From: Collinsella sp.
GTDB taxonomy: Bacteria; Actinomycetota; Coriobacteriia; Coriobacteriales; Coriobacteriaceae
DNA: 64,000 nucleotides
Reading direction: 5' to 3'
NCBI GenBank assembly: GCA_048485835.1
Contig: DBFWBE010000003.1
Span: 86,399-150,398, forward strand
The notes beneath the pieces are model-generated. The model saw nothing but the letters and a program-made list of their open reading frames with translations, had not been told where the DNA came from and did not search any database. Below are positions 10,795 through 20,034 of the stretch, in pieces (the first letter of the stretch is position 1; each line of letters opens with the position of its first letter). The translations under genes and the position numbers were made by a program.

Positions 10795-11763
10795 ATGAAC
10801 GTTTCACAAGCACTCGAATACGAGCGTCAGCCGTTTATCCCCATGTTTATCTATGGCGATCACGGCGCCATGGAATCCGAGCGCCAGAAGGGCGAAGAGG
10901 CCCTTAAGGTGCTCGAAACCGAGTACTTTACCGCCGAGGGCGACCCCAGCTTCGACTTTGCCACCGTGCGCGACCTGGCCGACCGCAACCGCGACCTGTG
11001 CGACCAGATTGGCGAGGCGCGTCTGCGCAACGTGACGCCCGCGACGCTCTCGCGCGGCCTGTCCGATGCCGACACCTGCGCCGCCATCGGCAAGATGCAA
11101 AAGCGCACCGCCGCGTCCGTTATGCGCGAAATCCGCGGCGACCGCGACGCGCTCGGCGTGGCCTACGCCCGCAAGCCCATCCAGGGCACCGTGCTCGGTA
11201 TCGACATCGAGACCACCGGCCGTGCACCCGAGCGCGGTTATATCATCAATGTGGGTTGGGAAATCATGGAGCTCACCAGCGACGCCGTCCCGCACGACGC
11301 CGAGGCGCACTACTGCGGTCTGCCCGACATCTACCGCGGCGAGGATGTGCCGTTGTCGAATATCCACCACATCACCTGGGACGACATCGACGGCAAAAAG
11401 CCATTCCGCGAGAACAAGGAACTGCAGAAGCAGCTGCTCAAGCTTATGAAGAAGTACCCGTACATGGCGCACAACGCCGCCTTTGAGGACAGTTGGTTCA
11501 AGATCCACCTGGACGGTTACGCCGAGGCACGCCGCGCCGGCAAGATCATCGTCATCGACTCGCGCCAGATCTGCCGCAGCCTGGATGCCGACGTCCGCTC
11601 GCTCCCCCGCGAATCCGCGCCCGCCGCGCTCGAGAACTGGGCGCGCCGCCGTGGAACCCTCGCCGCCGACGCCAACGAGCAGCATCTGGGCCTCGACGAC
11701 ACCGACCTCATGCTCCGCACGGTTCAGGCCGAGTTCAACCTCAAGAACCTGTTTGCCAAGTAG
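10795..11763 (+). CDS. DEDDh 3'-5' exonuclease domain protein
   Basis: IDIETTG, HNAAFED, QHLGLDD. AAGGAG RBS. Confidence 0.85.
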   Translation: MNVSQALEYERQPFIPMFIYGDHGAMESERQKGEEALKVLETEYFTAEGDPSFDFATVRDLADRNRDLCDQIGEARLRNVTPATLSRGLSDADTCAAIGKMQKRTAASVMREIRGDRDALGVAYARKPIQGTVLGIDIETTGRAPERGYIINVGWEIMELTSDAVPHDAEAHYCGLPDIYRGEDVPLSNIHHITWDDIDGKKPFRENKELQKQLLKLMKKYPYMAHNAAFEDSWFKIHLDGYAEARRAGKIIVIDSRQICRSLDADVRSLPRESAPAALENWARRRGTLAADANEQHLGLDDTDLMLRTVQAEFNLKNLFAK

Positions 11764-12114
11764 AAACGTCTACGACAAACTCCGGCGTAGATCACGAGCG
11801 GCCTCGCAGCGGGAAACCCCGCAGCGGGACCGCCCTACGTTCCACAGATAGATCTGCCATCACAAATTCTGAACCCTCATTTTGAACGATTTCGACCAAT
11901 TCCCGACACGTAATTCGTTGTCGGATGGTGATGCATCACTATCAAATGTGCGGCAATTGAGTAGTTATATGCTATAGGTAAGCTGCGAAAACTTTTATTT
12001 AGGGCATACCAACTCATAATTGCGTCAAGCTTTTGGACAGCATTTGGTTAGACCTCTAAAACGACTTTTTCACTCAGCGCCATCAACACGGCATTAGCTG
12101 ACACGATATATACC

Positions 12115-13305
12115 ATGAGTATCGTATTGTCACATACCACTGCAAAAGCGGTCTACCAGGCCGCGCATTCGGTGTCTGCGAAAGGCACCGAGTCCTGTAA
12201 CCCTGCCGCGATTTACGGATCATGTCCCACCGGAACGCTCCTTGACGCAGCCGCAGAATGGCTCACCAAACATGATGTTTCCCTCGACGCAAATGATTCC
12301 CTCGAGGTGATGGTGTTTGATCGCAGGAATGCGCGCTATGCAGTGAACTGTCAATGCCACGTTTCTTCAAAACGATTCTCGAACTCACGCTTTATAGAGC
12401 TCAAAGATGGCATCTTCATTGTTGGCGTTGAGCTTTGCGCACTTCAGGCCGCCACCTATCTCCCTTTTCGCGAACTGGTGGAGTACTACTTTGAATTGTG
12501 CAGCGCTTACTCCCTTGGAACCGGCTCTTCCACCTCTTATAACGAGCGTTTCGCGCTCACCTCGACCGAGAGGCTAAAACAGTTCTTTAATTCCATTACC
12601 AGATGCGACGGTCTGGCCCTTGCCCGAAAGGCGATCCAATGTGTGCGCGACGGATGCCGGTCTCCTATGGAAACAGCCTTTGTCATGATGCTAACGCTGC
12701 CCAAAAGCGAAGGAGGGCTTGGTATTAAGGGAATTGAGACCGATTACGAGGTGCAGGTCACCACTGCCGCAAAGAATCTCACGAGACGCAAAAAGTTCTT
12801 TATGGATGCGTATCTAAAGAAATCTCGCACAGACATTGAATACAACGGTTTTTATCATGACGCGGAAGAAGACCGCGCCATCGATGAGGAGCGCAAGAAT
12901 GCACTTGCGTCCATGGGGTACGGAATCATCACCGTCAGCCGTTATTCCTTTATGCATGCCAGCTCTTTTGTTAGGGTCATGGAAGCAATCCAGCGGAAAG
13001 AGGGCGTACGCCCCTCGCGTCTGCCAAAAGACTTTCAAATCATGCAAGAGGACCTGAGACAGTTTGTGCTCAGAAGGTTTATAGAAGAGAAAAAGCAAAT
13101 TCAGAAGCAGCTTCGCCAGGATTCCGAAGAGCGTCAACGAATCGACCTCGAAAAAGCAACGCTCGAAGGCATCACGCTGGATGACCCGACAATTAATGAA
13201 GTTCTGGCAATCGATGACATGCAGACTGTCGAATCCGACAGCCCATCATTTGCCCAAACAAGCAGCCTCGCGCCCGAGGGCAGGATCTTCGGGGCCGGAA
13301 GCTAG
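12115..13305 (+). CDS. Hypothetical protein with C-terminal PD-(D/E)XK Vsr/DUF559-like endonuclease domain
   Basis: SPMET motif followed by MDAY...DIEYNG..H...DEERKNAL..MGY. More AT-rich than its neighbours. Confidence 0.7.
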   Translation: MSIVLSHTTAKAVYQAAHSVSAKGTESCNPAAIYGSCPTGTLLDAAAEWLTKHDVSLDANDSLEVMVFDRRNARYAVNCQCHVSSKRFSNSRFIELKDGIFIVGVELCALQAATYLPFRELVEYYFELCSAYSLGTGSSTSYNERFALTSTERLKQFFNSITRCDGLALARKAIQCVRDGCRSPMETAFVMMLTLPKSEGGLGIKGIETDYEVQVTTAAKNLTRRKKFFMDAYLKKSRTDIEYNGFYHDAEEDRAIDEERKNALASMGYGIITVSRYSFMHASSFVRVMEAIQRKEGVRPSRLPKDFQIMQEDLRQFVLRRFIEEKKQIQKQLRQDSEERQRIDLEKATLEGITLDDPTINEVLAIDDMQTVESDSPSFAQTSSLAPEGRIFGAGS

Positions 13306-13314
13306 ACCGGCTAA

Positions 13315-13569
13315 CAAGGTGGGTACCCTAGCGATGTGCAAAATTGCGAGTATTCAGCAGGGTCGGGTGTCTATCACCCTCGAGTGGATCCAAATGTGGA
13401 GCGAAATCACTCTTGCGTGAGAGCGTTAGGCAACATTTGAGGAAGAACTCATCGGATTAACACCCTAAGATAACTCTTGAACTGCATTATATGACCTGCA
13501 ATAAATTAGCGGACCCCCTATAGTTGCAGAATACTCCATTTTTTGCACGGCACGAGGGTACCCACCTTG
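13315..13569. mobile_element. MITE-like element with ~45-bp imperfect terminal inverted repeats
   Basis: CAAGGTGGGTACCCT (13315-13329) is the exact inverse of AGGGTACCCACCTTG (13555-13569). Similarity continues inward (GTGCAAAA...GAGTATTC.GCA). The interior is AT-rich and non-coding. Confidence 0.65.
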
Positions 13570-13651
13570 GCATCGACTATCAAAAAACGCTCAGTCCGGG
13601 ATCTCGTCCACTATTCCCCATCATTTTGTACAACGAATTACCTGAACGTCA

Positions 13652-13712
13652 TTGACATATGAACATGCACTCATATAATCGAAAGTAAATTATATGAGCG
13701 CATGTTCATATG
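13652..13712 (+). promoter_or_regulatory. Sigma70 promoter overlapped by two ArsR/SmtB-type operators
   Basis: TTGACA (13652) and TATAAT (13674) with a 16-bp spacer. Operators CATATGAACATGCACTCATATAAT and ATTATATGAGCGCATGTTCATATG are inverted copies with one mismatch. Confidence 0.85.
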
Positions 13713-13725
13713 AAAGGATATTGCA

Positions 13726-14091
13726 ATGAGCATCCGCGACGATGAAACGAAACCCGACATCGAGGCCACCGAACCCGTGATCCCCACCACCTGCTCGCCC
13801 GAGGACCTTCCCGACGAGGAGCTGCTGTACGATCTGGCCGACCTGTTCAAGGTCTTCAGCGACACCACGCGCATCAAGATCCTCTATGCCCTCATGGGCC
13901 GCGAGCTCTGCGTGGCAGACATCGCCGAAGCGACCGAAACCTCGCAGTCCGCGGTGTCGCACCAGCTGCGCACACTCAAGCAGTCGCACCTGGTTAAATT
14001 CCGGCGCGACGGCCGCAACATCCTCTACTCGCTCGCCGACGACCACGTCTACACCATGCTCAACCAGGGCATGAGCCACATCTGCGAATAG
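13726..14091 (+). CDS. ArsR/SmtB family metal-sensing repressor
   Basis: LADLFKVFSDTTRIKIL, ELCVADI, SAVSHQLR, alpha5 site DDHV...H..E. Confidence 0.95.
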   Translation: MSIRDDETKPDIEATEPVIPTTCSPEDLPDEELLYDLADLFKVFSDTTRIKILYALMGRELCVADIAEATETSQSAVSHQLRTLKQSHLVKFRRDGRNILYSLADDHVYTMLNQGMSHICE

Positions 14092-14154
14092 CGGACAACC
14101 ACGGTACCAGCGCGGCCGGCACCCAGGCCGCTAACACAGGGAAAGGAACCCATC

Positions 14155-14373
14155 ATGAAAAAGCAGTTCAAGCTCGATGAGATCGACTGCGCCAACTGCG
14201 CGCGCGAGCTTCAGGACGAGCTGGCCAAGCTCGAGGGCGTCAAGTCCGTGTCGGTCAACTTTATGACCCAGAAGTTGACGCTCGAGGCCGATGACGCCGA
14301 GTTCGACGAGGTCCTCGACCGCGTTGTGGAGTTCACCGCCGACGCCGAGCCGGACTGCGAGATCATTCTCTAG
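14155..14373 (+). CDS. Stand-alone heavy-metal-associated (HMA) domain protein
   Basis: IDCANCA motif, 72 aa. AAAGGA RBS. Confidence 0.9.
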   Translation: MKKQFKLDEIDCANCARELQDELAKLEGVKSVSVNFMTQKLTLEADDAEFDEVLDRVVEFTADAEPDCEIIL

Positions 14374-14427
14374 CCCAGGTTTACGCCAACCCGCAAGGCC
14401 GCGCTTGCCGCGGCCTTTGCTCGCGAA

Positions 14428-14450
14428 ATTATATGAGCGAGTGTTCATAC
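14428..14450 (+). promoter_or_regulatory. Third ArsR-type operator, inside the operon before cadA
   Basis: ATTATATGAGCGAGTGTTCATA matches operator 2 at 20 of 22 positions. Confidence 0.75.
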
Positions 14451-14473
14451 ATTCAAATGGGAGGATACGAGTC

Positions 14474-16426
14474 ATGGCCACCGCCGACCCCAAGAAGAAA
14501 AAGAAGAAGCGCAAGAAAAAAGAGTCACTCGAGCATAAGCGCAACCGCATCCTGGTAGCGCTGGGCATTTTTGCCGTGGTGTACGCCCTCGATGAGCTCG
14601 GCACCCTCACTGCCGCATTCGGCACCCCGGGCGACATCTACGCCAGCTTCGCACTGTTCCTCGTGCCGTTTTTGATTGCCGGCTACGACGTGCTCCAAAA
14701 GGCATACAACAACATCCGCCGCGGCAAGGCGTTCGACGAGAGCTTCCTCATGGCCGTCGCGACCATCGGCGCGTTTGCCATGGTGCTCTTCCCCGACACC
14801 GATCCGCACATGGCCGAAGGCGCCGCCGTCATGCTGTTCTACCAGGTCGGCGAACTGTTCCAGGCATACGCCGTGGGCAAGAGCCGTAAATCGATCAGCG
14901 CCATGATGGACATCGCACCCGACTACGCCAACGTCGAGCAACCCGACGGCACACTCGAACAGGTCTTCCCCGATGACATCGCGGTCGGCACCGTGATCGT
15001 GGTCAAGCCGGGCGAGCGCGTGCCTATCGACGGCGTCATCGTCGAGGGCGAAACCCAGCTCGACACCGCCGCGCTCACGGGCGAATCAGTCCCCCGCCCC
15101 GCCAAGTCCGGCGACGACATCATCAGCGGCTGCATCAACATGACGGGCCTCATCCACGTACGCACCACCAAGCCCTTTGGCGAGTCCACCGTCGCACGCG
15201 TCCTGGAGCTCGTGGAAAATGCCAGCGAAAAGAAGGCGCGCACTGAGAACTTCATCACGCGCTTTGCTCGCGTCTACACCCCCGCTGTCACCGGCGCGGC
15301 CGCGGTGCTCGCGCTCGGCGGCGGCCTGGTCACCGGCGCCTGGTCTGATTGGATTCTGCGAGGCCTGACCTTCCTGGTCGTCAGCTGCCCGTGCGCGCTC
15401 GTGATCAGCGTGCCGCTGAGCTTCTTTGGCGGCATCGGCGGCGCGTCCAAGCTGGGCGTTCTCATCAAGGGTTCTAACTACCTCGAGACGCTCGCCGACG
15501 TGGACACCGTCGTCTTCGACAAAACTGGCACCCTCACCAACGGCACGTTCTCGGTCGTTGCGGTGCACCCCGAGGCCGGCTATACCGAGCAGTCGTTGCT
15601 CGAAGTCGCCGCCCTTGCCGAGTCGTTCTCCGATCACCCTATCGCACAGTCGGTGCGTGCCGCCTTCCAGGGCGAGCTTGACCCCACGCGCGTAACGGAT
15701 TCCACTAATGACGCGGGCCACGGCGTGACGGCGACCATCGACGGCAAGCATGTCGTCGTCGGCAACGCCAAGATGCTCGCCGCGGCCGGCGTTGAAGCAC
15801 CGGACTGTGATGTTGTCGGCACGATCCTCCATGTGCTCGTTGACGGCGTGTACGCCGGCCACATCGTGATTGCAGACACCGTTAAGGCCGATGCCGAGCA
15901 GACGGTCCGTGACCTGCACGCCGCCGGCATCAAGCGCACCGTTATGCTCACGGGCGACCGCGAGGACGTTGCAGCGTCTGTGGCCAAGCAGCTCGGCCTC
16001 GACGAGTTCCACGCGCAGCTGCTGCCGGGCGACAAAGTCGAGCGTGTTGAAACGCTGCTCGCGGCCGAAAACGGCAAGGGTAAGCTCGCCTTTGTGGGCG
16101 ACGGCATCAACGATGCGCCCGTGCTCACCCGTGCCGATGTGGGTATTGCCATGGGCGCCATGGGGTCCGACGCCGCGATTGAGGCCGCCGACGTGGTGCT
16201 CATGGATGACAAGCCGTCCAACATTTCCCGCGCGATCCGCGTGGCGCGCAAGACCATGGCGATTGTTTGGCAGAATATCATCTTTGCGCTGGGGATTAAG
16301 CTGCTGATCCTTGTGCTGGCAGCGCTCGGCATTGCCAATATGTGGCTTGCTGTCTTTGGCGACGTGGGCGTGGCGATCATCGCCATCCTGAACGCCATGC
16401 GCGCGATGGGTGTCAAGAACCTGTAG
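14474..16426 (+). CDS. cadA: Heavy-metal (Zn/Cd/Pb-type, P1B-2) P-type ATPase
   Basis: TGES, SCPCALV, DKTGTLT, DHPI, GDGINDAP. Lys and Asp present in the last TM helices. Lacks a fused N-terminal metal-binding domain. Confidence 0.93.
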   Translation: MATADPKKKKKKRKKKESLEHKRNRILVALGIFAVVYALDELGTLTAAFGTPGDIYASFALFLVPFLIAGYDVLQKAYNNIRRGKAFDESFLMAVATIGAFAMVLFPDTDPHMAEGAAVMLFYQVGELFQAYAVGKSRKSISAMMDIAPDYANVEQPDGTLEQVFPDDIAVGTVIVVKPGERVPIDGVIVEGETQLDTAALTGESVPRPAKSGDDIISGCINMTGLIHVRTTKPFGESTVARVLELVENASEKKARTENFITRFARVYTPAVTGAAAVLALGGGLVTGAWSDWILRGLTFLVVSCPCALVISVPLSFFGGIGGASKLGVLIKGSNYLETLADVDTVVFDKTGTLTNGTFSVVAVHPEAGYTEQSLLEVAALAESFSDHPIAQSVRAAFQGELDPTRVTDSTNDAGHGVTATIDGKHVVVGNAKMLAAAGVEAPDCDVVGTILHVLVDGVYAGHIVIADTVKADAEQTVRDLHAAGIKRTVMLTGDREDVAASVAKQLGLDEFHAQLLPGDKVERVETLLAAENGKGKLAFVGDGINDAPVLTRADVGIAMGAMGSDAAIEAADVVLMDDKPSNISRAIRVARKTMAIVWQNIIFALGIKLLILVLAALGIANMWLAVFGDVGVAIIAILNAMRAMGVKNL

Positions 16427-16442
16427 CGCCTGTGGTCCCTCC

Positions 16443-16571
16443 GGCCGGGACCGGGCTTGGTTTTGAAAACGTCCTCGACCAATGAATCGCCCCCGTTCTG
16501 CTCCTTCGGAGCTACGAACGGGGACGATTCTGGCCTGCGGAATGTTTTCAAAACCAAGCCCAGTCCCGGCC
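16443..16571. repeat. Long nested hairpin between convergent genes
   Basis: GGCCGGGACCGGGCTTGGTTTTGAAAAC / GTTTTCAAAACCAAGCCCAGTCCCGGCC outer arms. Inner GAATCGCCCCCGTTC...GAACGGGGACGATTC. Apical GCTCC-TTC-GGAGC. Confidence 0.75.
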
Positions 16572-16649
16572 TACGGTGACGTTGCTGGTGGTTCTTGGGC
16601 ATCGCTTGCTGGCGGGGTTCCTTGTCTGAGTTGGACTTGGTTGGTGGGG

Positions 16650-17027
16650 TTACTGATCCCGGTCGCCGTCCCGCCCCAGCATCGATTTCAGCTTCTCAAA
16701 GCTCTCCTCGCTCAGGCAATGCTCCATGTGGCAGCCCTCTTGCGACGCGACCTCAGCCGAAACACCCGCATCCTCCAGCAGCCCCACGAAAAAGCAGTGG
16801 CGCTCCCACATTTGACGGGCAACCTCAAGACCGCGTTCCGTCAGATGCACGTCGCGTTTGCCCATCTCCACGTAGCCGGTGCTCTCCAAGGCCGCCATGG
16901 CTTTAGAGACGCTTGCTTTGGTTACGCCCAAGTATTCGGCGACGTCGATTGAGCGCACCGTGCCTTGGCGCTGCGACAGAACGTAGATCGATTCGAGATA
17001 GTCTTCTCCAGATTCACGTAGGGCCAT
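16650..17027 (-). CDS. DtxR/MntR family metal-dependent regulator (short form)
   Basis: ESGEDYLESIY, VRSIDVA, ERH, EGCHMEHCLS. Confidence 0.92.
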   Translation of the reverse strand: MALRESGEDYLESIYVLSQRQGTVRSIDVAEYLGVTKASVSKAMAALESTGYVEMGKRDVHLTERGLEVARQMWERHCFFVGLLEDAGVSAEVASQEGCHMEHCLSEESFEKLKSMLGRDGDRDQ

Positions 17028-17050
17028 GGGCCGCCTTTCGCGATGGCTTC

Positions 17051-17142
17051 TAGTTAGCCTTTGGATACTTTCCACGGCTAACTTTACCGCAAAAGTTGCC
17101 CATGTCTTACTACTTTGCCTAAAAGTTAGCCGTGTTTCACAA
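17051..17142. promoter_or_regulatory. Cluster of candidate DtxR/MntR-type boxes upstream of the regulator
   Basis: TAGTTAGCCTTTGGATACTT, GGCTAACTT (inverted), AAGTTGCCCATGTCTTACTA, AAGTTAGCCGTG. Confidence 0.55.
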
Positions 17143-17234
17143 AACGTGCGGGATGAAAACAAAATGGGGACGCCCCGCAAGGAGTGTCCCCAGCTGCCGG
17201 CAGATAAGGAACGTCCCTAAGTGCCGGGTCGCAG

Positions 17235-18005
17235 CTACACGAGTCCAAAGTGCTTCGCGGCGTTGTAGATGCCGTCGTCGTCCACGGCAGTCGTCACATA
17301 GGTCGCCGCAGCTTTCACCGTGTCCTGTGCGTTGCCCATGGCCACGCTCGTGCCCACGGCAGAAAACATCGACAGGTCGTTCTCGCCGTCGCCAAAGGCA
17401 ATCGCCTCGCTCGCGTCGATGCCTAGGCGCTCCAGCGTCGCCGCAACACCCAGGTCCTTACCGCCGTTAGCGGGGATAATGTCGCAGAACAGATCGCACC
17501 AGCGCGTAGTGAGCGAATGCGACACCGCGTCGGTCACGATATGCTCGTCGGCAGGGTCCACAAAGGCGCAAAACTGGTAGACCGGCGCGTCAAAGGCGTG
17601 CTCAAACGGCTCCTCGTGGTAAACGATTCCCGCGTTGCTGCCGGCCGTCACCACGCGCTCGGACAGGCGGTTCACAAACGAGTTCTCGCCCTGCATGCAC
17701 AGCGAGTCGTAGCGCCCCTGCGCCACCTGGTCCACAATCACCGCGACGTCGTCCGAATCGATCGGGCAGCTGCGGTAAACCCCCTCGGCATCAAAGCAGT
17801 GCTGGCCCGAAAGCGTAATGTACGCATCCCAGCCCAGGTCGAACAGCCAGTCCGGCATCTGGTAGGTCGGACGGCCCGTGGCGATCACGCACGCGATCCC
17901 CTGCCCGTGAAAGCTGTCGAGCACCTGCTGCGCCGACGCCGGAATCCGGTGCGTCTTAAAGCTCAGCAACGTACCGTCGATATCGAAAAACGCGGCTTTG
18001 ATCAT
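17235..18005 (-). CDS. Cof-type HAD-IIB hydrolase
   Basis: FFDIDGTL, ATGR, AFGDGENDLSM, AMGNA. Confidence 0.95.
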   Translation of the reverse strand: MIKAAFFDIDGTLLSFKTHRIPASAQQVLDSFHGQGIACVIATGRPTYQMPDWLFDLGWDAYITLSGQHCFDAEGVYRSCPIDSDDVAVIVDQVAQGRYDSLCMQGENSFVNRLSERVVTAGSNAGIVYHEEPFEHAFDAPVYQFCAFVDPADEHIVTDAVSHSLTTRWCDLFCDIIPANGGKDLGVAATLERLGIDASEAIAFGDGENDLSMFSAVGTSVAMGNAQDTVKAAATYVTTAVDDDGIYNAAKHFGLV

Positions 18006-18011
18006 TCTCGC

Positions 18012-19871
18012 CTACTCCTCGCCCTCGAGCTTTTCGCTTGCCTCGAGCCACGCCATCTCTAGCTCGTCCATGGCAGCGTGAGCCTCGTCGATCTTTGCCT
18101 GCTGCTCGCCGAGCGCCGTGTAGTTGGTGGGATCGACTTGGGCCATCGCGGCCTCGGCCTCCTCCACGCGGGCGCGCTGCGTTTCCATCTTGCGCTCGAG
18201 CGAGCTCACCTCGCGGCGGAGCTTCTGGCGCTCGGCGTTGGACAGGCCGTTGGGCTGACCGCTCGACTTGGGCTTTTCGGCCGCAGCTGCCGCGGCACCG
18301 GTGTCGAACGTGCCGGTCTTGGCGCTCGGCGCACCCACGGGCTCGCCCTCGGCGGTGGCGTTGCACAGGCGCAGGTACTGGTCCACGCCGCCGGGCATAT
18401 GCGTCAGGTGGCCGTCGAGCAGCGCCCACTGCTGGTCGGTCACGCGCTCCATCAAGAAGCGGTCGTGCGTCACCAGGATCAGCGTGCCGGGCCAACCGTC
18501 CAGCAGATCCTCGACAATCGCGAGCATGTCGGTATCCAGGTCGTTGCCGGGCTCGTCCAGGATGAGCACATTGGGCTCGTCCAGGATTGTCAGTAGCAGC
18601 GACAGGCGACGGCGCTGGCCGCCCGAAAGATCGCCGATGCGACTCCAGAGCTGCTGCGTCGTAAAGCCCAGACGCTCGCAGAGCTTCTCGGGCGAAGTCT
18701 CCTTGCCGTCGATGACGTAGTACTTCTTATAGTTGCTGAGCACCTCGCGGATCGTGTCGCCCATGTAGGGCTCGAGCTCCTCGAGCTGCTGCGACAGCAC
18801 GCCAAAGCGTACCGTCTGGCCAATCTTCACGCGGCCGCGCGTGGGCGCAATTTTACCCTGGATCACATCGAGCAGCGTCGACTTGCCAGCGCCATTCTCA
18901 CCCAAAAGACCATAGCGGTCGCCCGCACCGATGAGCCAGGTCACGTCGGAGAGCACCTGCTTGGGCGCACCATCGGTATCCGCATAGCCGGCGTCCACGT
19001 CGACCACATCGATGACCTGCTTGCCCAGGCGGCTCACGGCTAGGCGCTTGAGCTCCAGCTCGTCACGTACGGGCGGCACGTCGGCGATGAGTTCGCGAGC
19101 GGCATCCACACGAAACTTGGGTTTGGTGGAACGAGCCTGGGCACCGCGGCTCAGCCACGCGAGCTCCTTGCGCGCCATGTTGCGACGGCGCTCCTCGGTA
19201 ACGGCGGCCATGCGGTCGCGCTCCACGCGCTGCAGGATATATGCGGAGTAACCGCCCTCGAAGGGATCGACCTGGCCGTCGTGGACCTCCCACATACTGG
19301 TGCAGACCTCGTCCAAGAACCAGCGGTCATGCGTGACCACGAGCATGGCGCCCTGACCGCGCTGCCAGCGGGCCTTTAAGTGACGCGCGAGCCAGTTGAT
19401 GGTGCGCATGTCCAGGTGGTTGGTGGGCTCGTCGAGCATGAGCACGTCGTAGTCGCCGATCAACAGGCGCGCGAGGTCCACGCGGCGGCGCTGGCCACCC
19501 GAAAGCTCGCCCACCGTGCCCTCCCAGGGCACATCGCTAATGAGACCGGCGAGGATCTGGCGCGTGCGGGGGCTCGACGCCCACTCATACTCGGGCGTGT
19601 CGCCCACGACGGCATGGTGCACGGTGTCGGTGTCGACAAGCTGGTCCTTTTGGCCGAGCAGGCCGATCGTGGTGCCGCGACGATGCGTCACGCGGCCGTC
19701 GTCGGGCTCCAGCGTGCCGGCGAGCACGCTCAGCAGCGTCGACTTGCCGTCGCCGTTTTTACCGACAATACCAATACGGTCGCCCTCGCCCACGCCGAGC
19801 GTCACGCTATCGAAAATATGCTTGGTGGGAAACTCTAGGCTGACGGAATCGCATCCCAAAAGAATCGCCAT
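18012..19871 (-). CDS. ABC-F family ATPase (Uup-like)
   Basis: Two ABC domains (GKNGDGKS/LSGGQ/DEPTNHLD and GENGAGKS/LSGGQ/DEPGNDLD), no TM segments, C-terminal coiled coil. Confidence 0.93.
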   Translation of the reverse strand: MAILLGCDSVSLEFPTKHIFDSVTLGVGEGDRIGIVGKNGDGKSTLLSVLAGTLEPDDGRVTHRRGTTIGLLGQKDQLVDTDTVHHAVVGDTPEYEWASSPRTRQILAGLISDVPWEGTVGELSGGQRRRVDLARLLIGDYDVLMLDEPTNHLDMRTINWLARHLKARWQRGQGAMLVVTHDRWFLDEVCTSMWEVHDGQVDPFEGGYSAYILQRVERDRMAAVTEERRRNMARKELAWLSRGAQARSTKPKFRVDAARELIADVPPVRDELELKRLAVSRLGKQVIDVVDVDAGYADTDGAPKQVLSDVTWLIGAGDRYGLLGENGAGKSTLLDVIQGKIAPTRGRVKIGQTVRFGVLSQQLEELEPYMGDTIREVLSNYKKYYVIDGKETSPEKLCERLGFTTQQLWSRIGDLSGGQRRRLSLLLTILDEPNVLILDEPGNDLDTDMLAIVEDLLDGWPGTLILVTHDRFLMERVTDQQWALLDGHLTHMPGGVDQYLRLCNATAEGEPVGAPSAKTGTFDTGAAAAAAEKPKSSGQPNGLSNAERQKLRREVSSLERKMETQRARVEEAEAAMAQVDPTNYTALGEQQAKIDEAHAAMDELEMAWLEASEKLEGEE

Positions 19872-20034
19872 ATGCCCTGCTCCTTCGTAGAAATTCAACG
19901 TTGTCCATAATAGCAGCGAAAAGGCGGGCCGCACACGACACAAAAAGGCGGGCCATCTCCCAAAAGAGATGACCCGCCTCTCCAATCAGTCCCGTGGCAA
20001 CCGTGGCCGCCGCGGGCCTCAAGCATGTCCCGGA

